The notes: generated by a model not told the origin, from the letters alone. DNA of 64,000 bases from a virus (IMGVR_UViG_3300013102_000005:29778-93777); one strand, 5' to 3'. Positions 1-9,748 are shown, counted from the first letter of the stretch. A program made the numbers and translations.

Positions 1-40
1 CCATGGAATGCTCGGCATAGGCCCAAAGTAGGATGGGCCG

Positions 41-84
41 ATGGTAGGGGGCGCCAGGGGGCGTCCTCGGCCGAGCTTTCCGAT
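41..84 (-). promoter_or_regulatory. Putative late promoter (ATCGGAAA-N30-TACCAT), pointing out of the window
   Basis: Same motif and exact 30-nt spacing as six other copies. Confidence 0.7.
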
Positions 85-85
85 G

Positions 86-565
86 TCAGATGCCGGTGAG
101 TTCGTCCTGGCGCGGCTGCACCAGGTACTTGGTGACATAGGGGGGAATGGCGGACGGCGAGGTCCGGCCGACCACCTCGTAGGGGATGATCATTCCGTTG
201 CCAGGGAAGACGTCGAAGCGGTCGTGCTTCTTGATCTCGAACGCGCCCTCGGTGAGCGGCTCGATCTGACATTCCATGACGCCCTCGCTGTAGGTGACGC
301 CGTCGTCGCTGTCGATCAGGTTGTTATCGCCTTGGTAGACGCCCATGAACAGCACCTTGGCATCGCCCAGCTCGGGATAGGTGTAGGCCGCCTCGTCCTC
401 GCTATCGAGCACGCCGACGCCGCCCATGTCGGGCAGGCCGCCTACCACCTCCTCGGAGGTGCGCAGTACCTGCTTACGGTAGACCGTGCAGGCCATGCTG
501 TTGGGATGGCGCAGGGTCACCTGGCGCTGGCCACGCTGGGCCTGGATGGAGACGTTCGACAGCAT
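86..565 (-). CDS. Putative virion (head-tail/neck) protein
   Basis: 159-aa ORF, third gene of a late operon with P1-like structural genes. Confidence 0.55.
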   Translation of the reverse strand: MLSNVSIQAQRGQRQVTLRHPNSMACTVYRKQVLRTSEEVVGGLPDMGGVGVLDSEDEAAYTYPELGDAKVLFMGVYQGDNNLIDSDDGVTYSEGVMECQIEPLTEGAFEIKKHDRFDVFPGNGMIIPYEVVGRTSPSAIPPYVTKYLVQPRQDELTGI

Positions 566-574
566 GGGGACTCC

Positions 575-1624
575 TTAGCCTGCGGTCTTGGTGGCGGCCA
601 GTGCGGCCTGCGCCTGGGCCTCGGAAAAGCCCATGCTCATCAGCTGCTGGATGAACTTGGCATCGGGCACGGGCGCCTTGGCGGCGGCTTTCTTGGCCGA
701 GTTGGCGCGTTGCTGGCGCTGGGCCTCCAACTGACGCTGGTAACCGGGCTGAGCCTGGCGTTGCTTGCGCTTCTCGTCGCTGGTCTTGAGCTGCCGGGTA
801 CGCGATCGCTCGCCCTTCATCTGCTCGGCCAGGGCGTGCATCTGCTGCAAGCTGATGCGCTTCTGTTTCGTGCTGACCTGATTGCGCTCGGACTCGATCA
901 TCCGGGCCACGTAGTTGCGCATGGCCGCCGACTGCGACAGGGCGGTCACGGTGCGCAGGATGTGCTTGCAGGCCAGGCCGTGCAGGTTCGGGTTGCGGAC
1001 CTTTGGGAACGCCGATTCCCGGTGCCTGGCGTCGGCGTTGTAGTTGCCGGCGGTGGCCATGTAGGCGTACCAGAAGCGCCAGCGCTCGCAGTCGCAGGAG
1101 ATCGATACCGCCCCCTTGAGGAGCGGGCCGACGATCTCGCTTGCCGGCTTGGGCGAGACAACGTAGGCCTCAAAGTCGCGCAGCTTGACCGTCACGTAGT
1201 GGCGGCTCTTCTTCGACTCAGGCCCGGCGTTGGTCATGAACCGCAGTTCGCCGCCGCGCAAGGTGTGGGGCATCGCTTGATGGATCTGGGAGCGCGCTCG
1301 CTCGCGATCCTCGGCCAGGGACATGTCGATCACGTCCTTGATCTTGACCCCGCCCTTGTACTTGTTCTGGAGCCGGTCGCGCTGGCGCGTGAACTCCAGC
1401 AGGTCGTCCATGGTGAGCGGTCGGGCCTTGCCGCCGCGCGTGGTGATGTAGCGCCACAGCGTGCCGGCGTCGGCCTTGCCGTTGAGGATGTCGTCGGGGT
1501 TGAGCAGCGTGCCGGATTGGCTGCGTACCGCATTGTCCTGCTTGAACTGGCGGCTCTGCTCGGCCAGGCCCTGCTGGGCACTGACGGCGTTCGGGTCCCG
1601 GCGCTTCACCGGTGCCTTGGCCAC
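575..1624 (-). CDS. P1 gp7-like tail/morphogenesis protein with SWIM-type Zn motif
   Basis: CDCERWRFWYAYMATAGNY...FPKVRNPNLHGLACKH resembles the P1-family protein. Confidence 0.7.
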   Translation of the reverse strand: MAKAPVKRRDPNAVSAQQGLAEQSRQFKQDNAVRSQSGTLLNPDDILNGKADAGTLWRYITTRGGKARPLTMDDLLEFTRQRDRLQNKYKGGVKIKDVIDMSLAEDRERARSQIHQAMPHTLRGGELRFMTNAGPESKKSRHYVTVKLRDFEAYVVSPKPASEIVGPLLKGAVSISCDCERWRFWYAYMATAGNYNADARHRESAFPKVRNPNLHGLACKHILRTVTALSQSAAMRNYVARMIESERNQVSTKQKRISLQQMHALAEQMKGERSRTRQLKTSDEKRKQRQAQPGYQRQLEAQRQQRANSAKKAAAKAPVPDAKFIQQLMSMGFSEAQAQAALAATKTAG

Positions 1625-1625
1625 G

Positions 1626-1922
1626 TCAGCGCACCGACCGCGCGGAGGTGCTGGCGAAGCTGGTCATCTGCTTGAAGGCGAGCAACTGGGCGGGCGTAGG
1701 CAGCACCAGGCGGCGCTGGGTCAGTTCCTGGAACGGATGGTCGATGCCGGCAGCCGCGATAACGGCCAGGTACTCATCGCGCGTGCCATAGACGCGCTGG
1801 CTGACGAGGGTGGCGTCCCAGCGCTCGTCGGGCTGGGTGTCGTAGCGAATCGCTTCCTGCCAATCCTTGCGGGTGGCAGCGAACTCGCGGACCTTGCGGT
1901 AGAACTGGCTGGATTCAATCAT
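1626..1922 (-). CDS. Baseplate wedge protein (P1 gp26/T4 gp53/LysM-like)
   Basis: 98 aa, DERWDATLVSQRVYG...LVLP pattern. Confidence 0.65.
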   Translation of the reverse strand: MIESSQFYRKVREFAATRKDWQEAIRYDTQPDERWDATLVSQRVYGTRDEYLAVIAAAGIDHPFQELTQRRLVLPTPAQLLAFKQMTSFASTSARSVR

Positions 1923-1928
1923 GCCGCC

Positions 1929-1972
1929 ACTATGTCGCGGCGGCAGAGGCCTATCTGGCGGCGGTTTCCGAA
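1929..1972 (-). promoter_or_regulatory. Putative late promoter (TTCGGAAA-N30-CATAGT)
   Basis: Motif 1965-1972, -10 at 1929-1934, directly before the start codon at 1922. Confidence 0.7.
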
Positions 1973-2409
1973 GGTGGCGCGTCGTCGCGGATCCGCTTCA
2001 CCGCAGCGCTTATCCGGCGCAGATGCCGCCTGGGTACGAACCAACGGCCTTCGAGATCTCCCAGGTAAGCCAGCAGCAAGCGGATGCCGATCTGCTCGCC
2101 GCGCCGGTAGAGCACGTCCTGCATGCGCTCGGCATGTCCTACACGCTCGGCTAGCCTGCGGGCACCCAGTAGGGGATGGGGGCCGCCGACGACGTCGTGG
2201 ATGCGCGTGAGCTCCAGCTGGAGGCTGGCCACCCGCGTGCGCAATTCCAGATTCAAGGTATCCGCCGTGGCCAGCTTGGCGCGCTCTGCGCGCAGCTTGC
2301 TGCGAAGCTCGGCGGCGCAGTCATGGCCCATGGGCTGGAGCGGGTGACGCGGGAACTCGCAAATCGGGCAGACGGTGACGCCTGGATCCAGCGGGGCCGG
2401 TTTCGTCAT
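1951..2409 (-). CDS. Hypothetical protein (CxxC, coiled coil)
   Basis: ORF downstream of an operator-bearing promoter. Confidence 0.55.
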   Translation of the reverse strand: MTKPAPLDPGVTVCPICEFPRHPLQPMGHDCAAELRSKLRAERAKLATADTLNLELRTRVASLQLELTRIHDVVGGPHPLLGARRLAERVGHAERMQDVLYRRGEQIGIRLLLAYLGDLEGRWFVPRRHLRRISAAVKRIRDDAPPSETAAR

Positions 2410-2458
2410 GATGGTGTCCTTGACTGCGCTACAGGCTAGCAAGCGGCTAGCAGGTGAT

Positions 2459-2692
2459 TTATTGCAGCAGATGCTGCGGCACGAACTCGACGCGGACCTC
2501 TCGTCCCTGCACCGTCCATATCGCCGGGGTGCCGTTGTCTTGGGTGGTCGCCGGCCGGCCCGTCTGGGTCAGCTTGATAGCCTCGCCAGGGGCGAAAGGA
2601 TCAGTGCCAGTAAGGGCGCAGATGGCCAGATAGGGGGAGGCTTCGTGGACGTGGCTGACGGCTTGGCCATCCGTGATGCGGTACTGCTGCAT
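2459..2692 (-). CDS. Hypothetical protein
   Basis: 77-aa ORF after AT-rich operator region. Confidence 0.55.
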   Translation of the reverse strand: MQQYRITDGQAVSHVHEASPYLAICALTGTDPFAPGEAIKLTQTGRPATTQDNGTPAIWTVQGREVRVEFVPQHLLQ

Positions 2693-2735
2693 GGTGGTGT
2701 CCCTGGAATCTAGTTGGTCTGTGTACTAGATCACA

Positions 2736-2777
2736 TTGTAGCAGTTGATAAAATTTAAAATCTATCGCCTGCTACAA
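2736..2777. promoter_or_regulatory. Pair of repressor operator sites
   Basis: TAGCAGTTGATA (2739-2750) and TATCGCCTGCTA (2763-2774) fit TAKCR-NN-YGMTA. Confidence 0.65.
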
Positions 2778-2779
2778 AT

Positions 2780-4318
2780 CTACCGGATGCCCATGGCCGC
2801 CAGGGTCCTCGCCACCGCGTCGTCCTTGCGCTCGGAGACGGCCAGCACCTGCACGTCCTCGCTCTGGATGTAATGGGCGTTCTCCAGGAAGGCAAAGGCG
2901 ATGGTGTCCCAGATGTCAGGGGAGGGCAGGCCTTCCTTCTGCTGCATGTCGATCTTGCTCATCAGCTGCCACCGGCCTTTCTCGTCGAAACCGAAGGGGA
3001 TGCGTGAGCCTTGGTCGAGCATGTCGTTCTGCTGGGCATCGCAGAAGCTGATTCGGTTGTTGTCCACGGCCAGTTTCAGGTGCACGTTGCACTGGGCCCG
3101 CTGGTTGATGAAGCGCTCGCGGTATTCTTTGCGGAAGTTCGGCACGCCCCAGCTCACGTTGGTGATCAGGGGTACGCCCAGGCGCTCCAGCATCTTGGCG
3201 AACTGGATGCCCTGGCCACCGACGTCCACCAGCACGGTGCAGTTCGAGTATTTGGCAGCCTCCAGCGCCACCATGGCCGCCGCGTCCGTCCAGTCCCGGC
3301 TGTTGGTGTAGATCGGGATGTCCAGGACGTCCACCCGCCTGGGCTCGGGCGCCTCCGACCCGCCCTGGCCGATGACCCGCACGAGGGTGCCCACCGTCTT
3401 GTCGCGGTAGACGCCGCCGCCCACGTCCACCAGCAGGAAGTAGCCGTAGGGCTCGTCCTCGCCGATCACGCGATGCTCCTCGCCGATCAGGCGCTCGATG
3501 GAGCGCCGGCCGAGCAGGTACTTGTCGGAATGCTCGGGGAACCGACCCTGGACCTTGACCTGGTACTCCACGGAGTCGCGGCTGCCGTACTCCAGCGCCT
3601 TGTCGCGGATGAACTCGTCCGAAACGATGGGCGAGTCCTCGGAGTTGAACACGAGGCTCGTCCAGAGCCCTCCGTTGCGTACCGCCCACTTGTGATGGGT
3701 CTCGTAGAAGAAGCCCGACCCCCGGGTAGGCTGGCTGGCCAGCGCAAAGCGGTTGCGCTTGTCGGTCAGGGCGCCGGCGATGACCTTGAGGTTCGCGTCG
3801 GGGATACCCGAAGCCTCGTCACCCAGCCACAGCAGGTAGTTGCCGTGCGTACCGGCCATGTTCTCCGGCGAGCCGCGCGGTGCCGTCCGGCAGGTGATGA
3901 ACCAGCGCATGCTGGCGCCTTTGACGTAGACCTTCTTCGCCTTGATCTCGAAGTATTCGGCCACCCAGCCCTGCGGGCCCTGCTCGATCACCTCCTTGAG
4001 GGTCGAGAACTCTTTCCAGATGCCTTCCGACAGGGTGTTGAGCTTGGGCGCGGTCAGGTAGGTGTTGCTGTCCGCGTAGCAGAGCAGGTGCCACAGGGCG
4101 ATGACGGCAAAGGAGCGGGTCTTGCCCGTACCGTGACCGGACGACACTGAGGTGCGCGAGCCGAAGGGGGAGACACTGTTGAACAGGTCCACCTGCTGCC
4201 AGGTGATCGAGGTCATGCCGCAGACCTCTACGGCGAAGCGCGCCGCATCCATCGCATAGCGCTCGGCGAAGGCCTTCCAGCGGACATCGGCCGAGAGGGC
4301 CCGGATCTTCTTAGCCAC
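2780..4318 (-). CDS. pacB: Terminase large subunit, P1 PacB-like
   Basis: Walker A SGHGTGKT, Walker B DEASG, C-terminal nuclease DVGGG...SPDIWD. Confidence 0.92.
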   Translation of the reverse strand: MAKKIRALSADVRWKAFAERYAMDAARFAVEVCGMTSITWQQVDLFNSVSPFGSRTSVSSGHGTGKTRSFAVIALWHLLCYADSNTYLTAPKLNTLSEGIWKEFSTLKEVIEQGPQGWVAEYFEIKAKKVYVKGASMRWFITCRTAPRGSPENMAGTHGNYLLWLGDEASGIPDANLKVIAGALTDKRNRFALASQPTRGSGFFYETHHKWAVRNGGLWTSLVFNSEDSPIVSDEFIRDKALEYGSRDSVEYQVKVQGRFPEHSDKYLLGRRSIERLIGEEHRVIGEDEPYGYFLLVDVGGGVYRDKTVGTLVRVIGQGGSEAPEPRRVDVLDIPIYTNSRDWTDAAAMVALEAAKYSNCTVLVDVGGQGIQFAKMLERLGVPLITNVSWGVPNFRKEYRERFINQRAQCNVHLKLAVDNNRISFCDAQQNDMLDQGSRIPFGFDEKGRWQLMSKIDMQQKEGLPSPDIWDTIAFAFLENAHYIQSEDVQVLAVSERKDDAVARTLAAMGIR

Positions 4319-4472
4319 GCGCGCGCTCCGCCTTGAGGCGCGCCAGGGCCTGCTCGATGAGTTCCAGCGAGGTGGCGGCTACCAGCATCGTCAGGCAGTC
4401 CTGGGCGACGGTCAGCTGGTGGTCGTCGATAGCGGCGGCCTGAGCGCGGCGCCGGCGCTTGGCTTTAGGCAT
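4311..4472 (-). CDS. Small 53-aa protein overlapping the terminase start (MPKAKRRRRAQ...)
   Basis: Translated by hand; lies between late promoter and terminase. Confidence 0.55.
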   Translation of the reverse strand: MPKAKRRRRAQAAAIDDHQLTVAQDCLTMLVAATSLELIEQALARLKAERARG

Positions 4473-4500
4473 GATGTGGGTATCCAGAAAAAGTCAGGAA

Positions 4501-4544
4501 ACCCTACTGGCGCCCAGATAAGGGCTAGCTGTTCACTTTCCCAT
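4501..4544 (-). promoter_or_regulatory. Putative late promoter (ATGGGAAA-N30-TAGGGT) for the terminase operon
   Basis: Variant motif with the same 30-nt spacing. Confidence 0.6.
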
Positions 4545-4618
4545 CCAAGCGCTTCGGCAAGATGATTACTGCTGGTATGCTCGCAGTATTAACTCATGCA
4601 GGCCAGGATCGCAAAGTA

Positions 4619-5530
4619 ATGATGTATATAGAAGAGCTGGCATTTAACAGCGTGGAAGAACTACTTAATCATGTGGTTCCATGGGGTTCTAACCCAGAAC
4701 TCGACGGTTATATTTTTCGAGGGCATAGCCAGGAGTCGTATCTACTGGTGCCGCTTGCACTTCGGTCTGACAAATTGGATTTGCTATGCAACGCGGCTGG
4801 TTTCACTATAAATGATAAGCGTGAAATGAACCTTTTCGACCAGGTGCAAGCCGAATATCAAATATTGAGGAGATTCTATCGCTTGGCAGACCAGAGGGGA
4901 TTGCCTGTTCCGATCAGTACTCGCATTCGCGAAGATCTGGCATCAAAATCCTCGTCAATCATGAATTTCAAAGCCAAGCACACTGATACTTGGATTCCAC
5001 CGGACCTGCATGAAGCAGCGGCACTAGCCCAGCATTATGGTATGCCCACCAGACTTCTCGATTGGACATACGACATTTTTGTAGCGATGCATTTTGCATT
5101 CAAAGGTGCGATTAAAAAGGAGGATAACCTTTGTATCTGGGCGCTAAATATGGCCCACCTTTCGTGGCTAACTCCAACTGTAGAGGCTGTAGGTGTTGAC
5201 TTCGTGACTCCTCATTATGCCGGCAATCCGCATTTAAACGCCCAAAAAGGCCTGTTTACTCACATGCCTAGTTTTTTCCCCCATACTGTACAGATCCATC
5301 ATGATGTAAATAACGTCGAAAAAATAACTGGGCCAATCGATAGAGCGCCATTTGACGAAACGCTACGGGGGCGATTTGCCAATATAGAAGAAAATATATT
5401 TAAGAAATTCATATTGCCTTGCTCTGAGGCCAAGAAGGGGCTCCAGATACTGGACAACCTAGGCTATGACGAGTCTAGGATATATCCAGGGTATAAAGGT
5501 GTAGCTAATCAGCTGCTACACCCTAATTAA
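4619..5530 (+). CDS. FRG domain protein
   Basis: YIFRGH...LVP and AQHYGMPTRLLDWT motifs, NPHLNAQKGLF; low GC, opposite strand to neighbours. Confidence 0.9.
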   Translation: MMYIEELAFNSVEELLNHVVPWGSNPELDGYIFRGHSQESYLLVPLALRSDKLDLLCNAAGFTINDKREMNLFDQVQAEYQILRRFYRLADQRGLPVPISTRIREDLASKSSSIMNFKAKHTDTWIPPDLHEAAALAQHYGMPTRLLDWTYDIFVAMHFAFKGAIKKEDNLCIWALNMAHLSWLTPTVEAVGVDFVTPHYAGNPHLNAQKGLFTHMPSFFPHTVQIHHDVNNVEKITGPIDRAPFDETLRGRFANIEENIFKKFILPCSEAKKGLQILDNLGYDESRIYPGYKGVANQLLHPN

Positions 5531-6079
5531 GCTACTCAGCCAGCCGGCTATTGCTGCACTAATAGTCTGTGCACGCTCATATGTCTCGGCAGGAAATGCA
5601 AGGTATAGCGATCCCCAGATAGCTAATACAGCAGACATTACACTGTAGCCCGCCCCTTGCGCCAGAACCCTTGGCAATGTGACTTCGTCATGATATTGAA
5701 TTTGGGCTAGGCAGCTATCGACCCTGGCTCTATTTATTTTATAAAGCATTTCGAAACGCGCCTTGTCCTCATCAACTACCTTTCTTAGCTCTTCAATGTC
5801 TTTAGTAATCTGTGCAAGCGGATTTTTTGTATTAATGCCCATCAGGCTTGCGGTATATCTGAACGTATAGGACGGCGCGTCATTCCACTCCGGTAGGTAT
5901 TCTTCAAACTTCGCATCTTTTGCAGATCTCGCCTTGATAGCATTGCGGGCTGCCAGATAAATAGTAATCGCCGAAGAGATTCCTACCAGCAACATTCCAT
6001 ACGCGAGAAAGTAATTATTGGGGAATAGGCCAAGCACGACCGTTCCAACTAGCACAGATATGAATGCGAGAACGGCCAT
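5516..6079 (-). CDS. Low-GC membrane protein (about 3 TM segments), moron
   Basis: Two N-terminal and one C-terminal hydrophobic stretches; convergent with and overlapping FRG gene. Confidence 0.7.
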   Translation of the reverse strand: MAVLAFISVLVGTVVLGLFPNNYFLAYGMLLVGISSAITIYLAARNAIKARSAKDAKFEEYLPEWNDAPSYTFRYTASLMGINTKNPLAQITKDIEELRKVVDEDKARFEMLYKINRARVDSCLAQIQYHDEVTLPRVLAQGAGYSVMSAVLAIWGSLYLAFPAETYERAQTISAAIAGWLSSLIRV

Positions 6080-6123
6080 GAATGGTTATCCATTGAGGAG
6101 GCAGGACGGGCCCGCACTGTATC

Positions 6124-6513
6124 TCACAGGGCGGGTTGGGCGACACGGTAACGACCGCGCTTTTTACCACCAGGTGGTTGGTAGGCTGCGCAGCATGCCT
6201 TGCAGTGGGCCCGCACACGCGTGACCACACCTTTGACCCTCACCAGACCGAAGAACTCGCCGTCGTTCGGCCACCACTCCTGGCACTGGGTGCAGAGCTT
6301 TTCCTCACCGTACTCGGCCTGGCGCATCTGGGGCACGGTCGCCCGTTTGCGCCGGCGGCCGTTGGCCTTGGTCGGCTCCCGCACGGGCTCATCCGGCGGG
6401 GTTTCTGGCCACTCCATTTCCAGCACCAGCCGGTCGCGCTGCTCGCGCTCGAACCGGTAGAGGATGGCGAAGATGGGATCGCCCTGGAATGGCGTGGAGG
6501 CGAGCATCTGCAT
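6124..6513 (-). CDS. Zn-finger protein
   Basis: CTQCQEWWP...EFF...CKAC. Confidence 0.65.
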   Translation of the reverse strand: MQMLASTPFQGDPIFAILYRFEREQRDRLVLEMEWPETPPDEPVREPTKANGRRRKRATVPQMRQAEYGEEKLCTQCQEWWPNDGEFFGLVRVKGVVTRVRAHCKACCAAYQPPGGKKRGRYRVAQPAL

Positions 6514-6516
6514 GGC

Positions 6517-6978
6517 TCACCCCTTGGCGCCGAGGTAGGCCCGGCAGGCCTGGCCAGCTCGCACGCACAGCTCCAGATCGAACAGCCCGAAGTGGCACCG
6601 GTCGGGCGTCAGCCCCAGCTGCTCGGCAAGCCAGCGATAGGCCGCGCTTCTGGAGAGGTGCCCATCCCGCCAGATCAGCTCAAAGGGCGCCTTGTGCAGC
6701 TCGCGAGCCTTGCGTAGGGACTCATCGGCCAGGGTGCCCAGCGGCAGATTGGTGGAGGGGTGAAGCCCTACCCGTGCATCGCACCCGGTGCAGCCGTAGA
6801 CCCAGGGCCAGTCGCCGTAGCTGCGGCCGTTGTAGATGTCGTGGTGATGCTTGATCACCACCGCTCCACCGCAGCAGGGACACACAGTCGGGATGGCCAA
6901 CGGGTCTTTCACCCGCGCGATCGCCCGCCGACTCGGATTGCTGGGCGTCTTGACCGCCGACGCGACCTCACTGCTCAT
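6517..6978 (-). CDS. DUF3268-like zinc-finger protein
   Basis: CPCCGG...CTGCDARVGLHP...PLGTLAD...CHFGLFD. Confidence 0.8.
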   Translation of the reverse strand: MSSEVASAVKTPSNPSRRAIARVKDPLAIPTVCPCCGGAVVIKHHHDIYNGRSYGDWPWVYGCTGCDARVGLHPSTNLPLGTLADESLRKARELHKAPFELIWRDGHLSRSAAYRWLAEQLGLTPDRCHFGLFDLELCVRAGQACRAYLGAKG

Positions 6979-7951
6979 CGCCGTCCTCCCGCGCCTTCTC
7001 GGCTGCCTTGAGCTCGGCCTTGCGCCGGTTCTCCTCGTGGGTTTCGCGCACGTGCCGGGCCGTGGCCACCACCGCATTGAGCGAGCGGATGGTCAGGGGC
7101 ACCGTCATGCTGCCCAGGACCGTCTCACCGGTGCGGTAGCGCTCCACCTGCTCCAGGATCGACTCGGGCAGCTCGGCCACGAGCTGGAGCGAGGCGGCCA
7201 GCAGGTCCTCGGACAGAGCGCGCGGGATGGCTGGGGGCAGGGCGGGCAGTGCCTTGCGGGTCTTGCGCTCCTCCAGCATCTTGGGAGTGACCTTGGCGCC
7301 GCCGGCTTCCTCGCTGATCGTGCGGATCTCGGCGGCCGCCTCCTCCCCAAATGCTCGAAGGGCCTTCACGGCGGTGCCGGGGGCGATGACGTCCTGGTCG
7401 ATGAGGTCGCGCACGTCCTCGCCGCCATGGGCAATCTTGAGCAGCTGCTCCACGTACTGGCGAGAGAACCCCACGAGCTTGGCAATCTGGGCGGCTGGTA
7501 GGCCGTCGGTTTCGGCGAAGTCACGCACCACATCGGCCAGTTCGACCGGATCCAGCGGCTCCTGGCTCTGGGAGGTGACAATGCGCGCCTTGCACTCCAG
7601 CTCGTTGCCGATGAAGGGTTTCAACCCGATCAGCGGGATGGTGTAGCCCCAGGACTCCAGCAGGCGCAGCGCACGAATGCGGCGGTGCCCCTCGATCACC
7701 TTGAGTCCGCCCTCGGCCCGCGCCTGGACCTCGATTTGCGGCAGGACGTTGTTGATGTCCACCAGCGTTTTGGTCGCCTTGTCCTTGATCAGGCTGCGAG
7801 CGCTGCGCTCGATGCTGGCGTCCAGCTTGGGACCCTCGCGGCGCTTGTTGAAGCCGGGCGTGAAATGGAACTGGTCCAGGGCGGCAAACATGCCTTTGTC
7901 GGTGCGCTTGATGATCTTCTCGTTGATCATCTTTTGGATCGAATTACTCAT
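6968..7951 (-). CDS. ParB N-terminal domain/HTH protein
   Basis: PGFN.R, IEGHRRIRA, HTH IAKLVGFSRQYV. Confidence 0.8.
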   Translation of the reverse strand: MSNSIQKMINEKIIKRTDKGMFAALDQFHFTPGFNKRREGPKLDASIERSARSLIKDKATKTLVDINNVLPQIEVQARAEGGLKVIEGHRRIRALRLLESWGYTIPLIGLKPFIGNELECKARIVTSQSQEPLDPVELADVVRDFAETDGLPAAQIAKLVGFSRQYVEQLLKIAHGGEDVRDLIDQDVIAPGTAVKALRAFGEEAAAEIRTISEEAGGAKVTPKMLEERKTRKALPALPPAIPRALSEDLLAASLQLVAELPESILEQVERYRTGETVLGSMTVPLTIRSLNAVVATARHVRETHEENRRKAELKAAEKAREDGDEQ

Positions 7952-8060
7952 ACCTGCTCGCTCCTGAGCGTGCATGCGCGCCAAGGGCGCTGGCCGGCTG
8001 CCACGTGATGGATATTGAAAAGCACTAGGGGGCTCAGGGCGGGGTCCAGACTGTCTGGAG

Positions 8061-8627
8061 TCATAGTATCCGGGCCTCCCGCCGACGAGTCGGGCGATCG
8101 CCCAGGACGGCCGTCATGGCGTCCTCTGCGGCCCGGTACTCGCACCCCATGATCTCCACGCAGTAGGGAGCGGCAGCTGCGCTGACATGGAAGTAGAACC
8201 AGCCATCCACCCCGTCGAAGCAGTGGTAGCCGCGCCGTCGCTCATGACTCGCCAGGCTAACGCCCAGCTGACCCATCAGCCGCGACATGTCGGCGAGGAA
8301 ATAGGGGCGCTCGGCCGCCCAGCAAGCCCGTAGGGCGGCGATCTCGTCCAGGCGGATGTCGCGTAGCTCTTCGGGCGTGTTCACCGCAGGCACGCAGCGG
8401 GGAATGTAGCCGCCCTGGCCGCGCAGCTCCCACAGATGCAGGTTCGGCTGGGCTTCGAAGTTCAGGCCCGAGAACGAGCGGCCGCCCAGGTCGTTAAAGA
8501 ACACCGGCCGGCTGCCGGGGAAGTGATGGGCAAAGGCCTCGCCTTCGAGCTGCACGCGGCGGCAGTCGAGCAGGTACTGCTGGCGTGCATGTAGCACGTC
8601 AGGATTCTTGGTCTTGTAGTAGCTCAT
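8061..8627 (-). CDS. Hypothetical phage protein
   Basis: 188-aa ORF in operon. Confidence 0.6.
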   Translation of the reverse strand: MSYYKTKNPDVLHARQQYLLDCRRVQLEGEAFAHHFPGSRPVFFNDLGGRSFSGLNFEAQPNLHLWELRGQGGYIPRCVPAVNTPEELRDIRLDEIAALRACWAAERPYFLADMSRLMGQLGVSLASHERRRGYHCFDGVDGWFYFHVSAAAAPYCVEIMGCEYRAAEDAMTAVLGDRPTRRREARIL

Positions 8628-8644
8628 GGCAACGCGGTTCCTGC

Positions 8645-8974
8645 TCAGGCGCTGAGGGTGGCGGCGGGGATGTCGAGGAAGTAGCTGTTCTCGCCCTGGC
8701 CGGCGCGCATCACCCCGATGACGGTGCTGTCCCGGTGCAGCAGGACGTTTCCAAGCCGATCAAAGCGGGGCGTGACGTTCTCGCGCAGCAGGGCGCGATC
8801 CCAGTCCTGGGCAGTGCAGGGACGGATACGGGCCGCGCATTCCAGGGCCTCCTGGCGGGCAGCGGCGGCAGATACGCCGGCCATGCGCAGCAGGAAGTAG
8901 CGGGCGCCAACGCGGCGGTTGTAACGGCGCGTCAGGTAGACGAGCGATCCAATGAGCGCTGAGGTGTGGGACAT
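8645..8974 (-). CDS. Hypothetical protein
   Basis: ORF in operon. Confidence 0.5.
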   Translation of the reverse strand: MSHTSALIGSLVYLTRRYNRRVGARYFLLRMAGVSAAAARQEALECAARIRPCTAQDWDRALLRENVTPRFDRLGNVLLHRDSTVIGVMRAGQGENSYFLDIPAATLSA

Positions 8975-9112
8975 GGTGCATTTCCGTGTGGTGAGCCGGC
9001 GATCCTGCCGGCGGGTGTGGCGCGCAATCTGTCGTCGCGCTGCCTGGGTATCTCGATAGGGGCCGTCCTCGGCGCCTATCGACAGACCCAGTGCTCGCCT
9101 GGGCCTGCCCTG

Positions 9113-9397
9113 CTACATGCGTCGCCGCTGGCGACCCGCTGCGGGACGCATCCGCACCGTCCCCTGGGTGCCATGCCGGCCACTGAGCGTCCGCCACGCC
9201 ATCGTGTAGCCCATGCCGGCCAGGCGCATGGACATGCGGCGAACCCTACGCAGATCGGCCTGCGGATCGAGATCACCGTAGGTCTTGAGCGTGAGGGTGC
9301 GCACGACGTCGCCCGAGTCGTAGCCGACGAACTCGAACACGACCGCATTGGCGGTTGGGAAGGGGGTGGATACCTCAGCAAGCGGGCGGGACTGCAT
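9113..9397 (-). CDS. Hypothetical protein
   Basis: AGGAG RBS, first gene after operator/promoter. Confidence 0.55.
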   Translation of the reverse strand: MQSRPLAEVSTPFPTANAVVFEFVGYDSGDVVRTLTLKTYGDLDPQADLRRVRRMSMRLAGMGYTMAWRTLSGRHGTQGTVRMRPAAGRQRRRM

Positions 9398-9445
9398 GGC
9401 CTGAACTCCTGTATCGGCCCGGCAGGAGGCCGAGCAACGGACAGG

Positions 9446-9510
9446 GAAAGCCTACTGCAAGCCGCTAGCGAAATTCAAGCATATGCTACAATTATTTATA
9501 TCGCATGATA
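9446..9510 (-). promoter_or_regulatory. Early sigma70 promoter with operators
   Basis: TTGAAT-N18-TAGGCT; operators AAGCATATGCTA (9477-9488) and TATCGCATGATA (9499-9510). Confidence 0.6.
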
Positions 9511-9517
9511 TGAATAA

Positions 9518-9748
9518 TCAGATGGACATTTGGCGCCTGATCCACTGGAATAGCAGTATCCAAAGCATGACAGGCCAGATGACGACACACAGCAGGCTTG
9601 TAGCAAATGCTGATTTTATTGCGGACGCTCTCCCGCGTTCCTCCACCAGCTGGAGAAAGTCGGGATCGGCAAGGAGGTCGTGGCGATCGAGCCACAGGTA
9701 CAGCGCCCAGAGCAGGGCGCCGACCAGGTAGAGCATGAACCAATTCAA
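9518..9748 (-). CDS. Small two-TM membrane protein
   Basis: Two hydrophobic segments; similar layout to 14336..14596. Confidence 0.6.
   Translation of the reverse strand: MNWFMLYLVGALLWALYLWLDRHDLLADPDFLQLVEERGRASAIKSAFATSLLCVVIWPVMLWILLFQWIRRQMSI

Noticed and set aside
41-1675. 544-aa plus-strand ORF, and similar long ORFs such as 15085..17424, 59150..60466 and 60662..62398
   Set aside because: Antisense shadows of recognisable minus-strand genes in GC-rich DNA; no motifs
6968-7951. ParB-like gene as the partner of ParA
   Set aside because: 40 kb away in an early operon; ParA already has a coupled RHH partner
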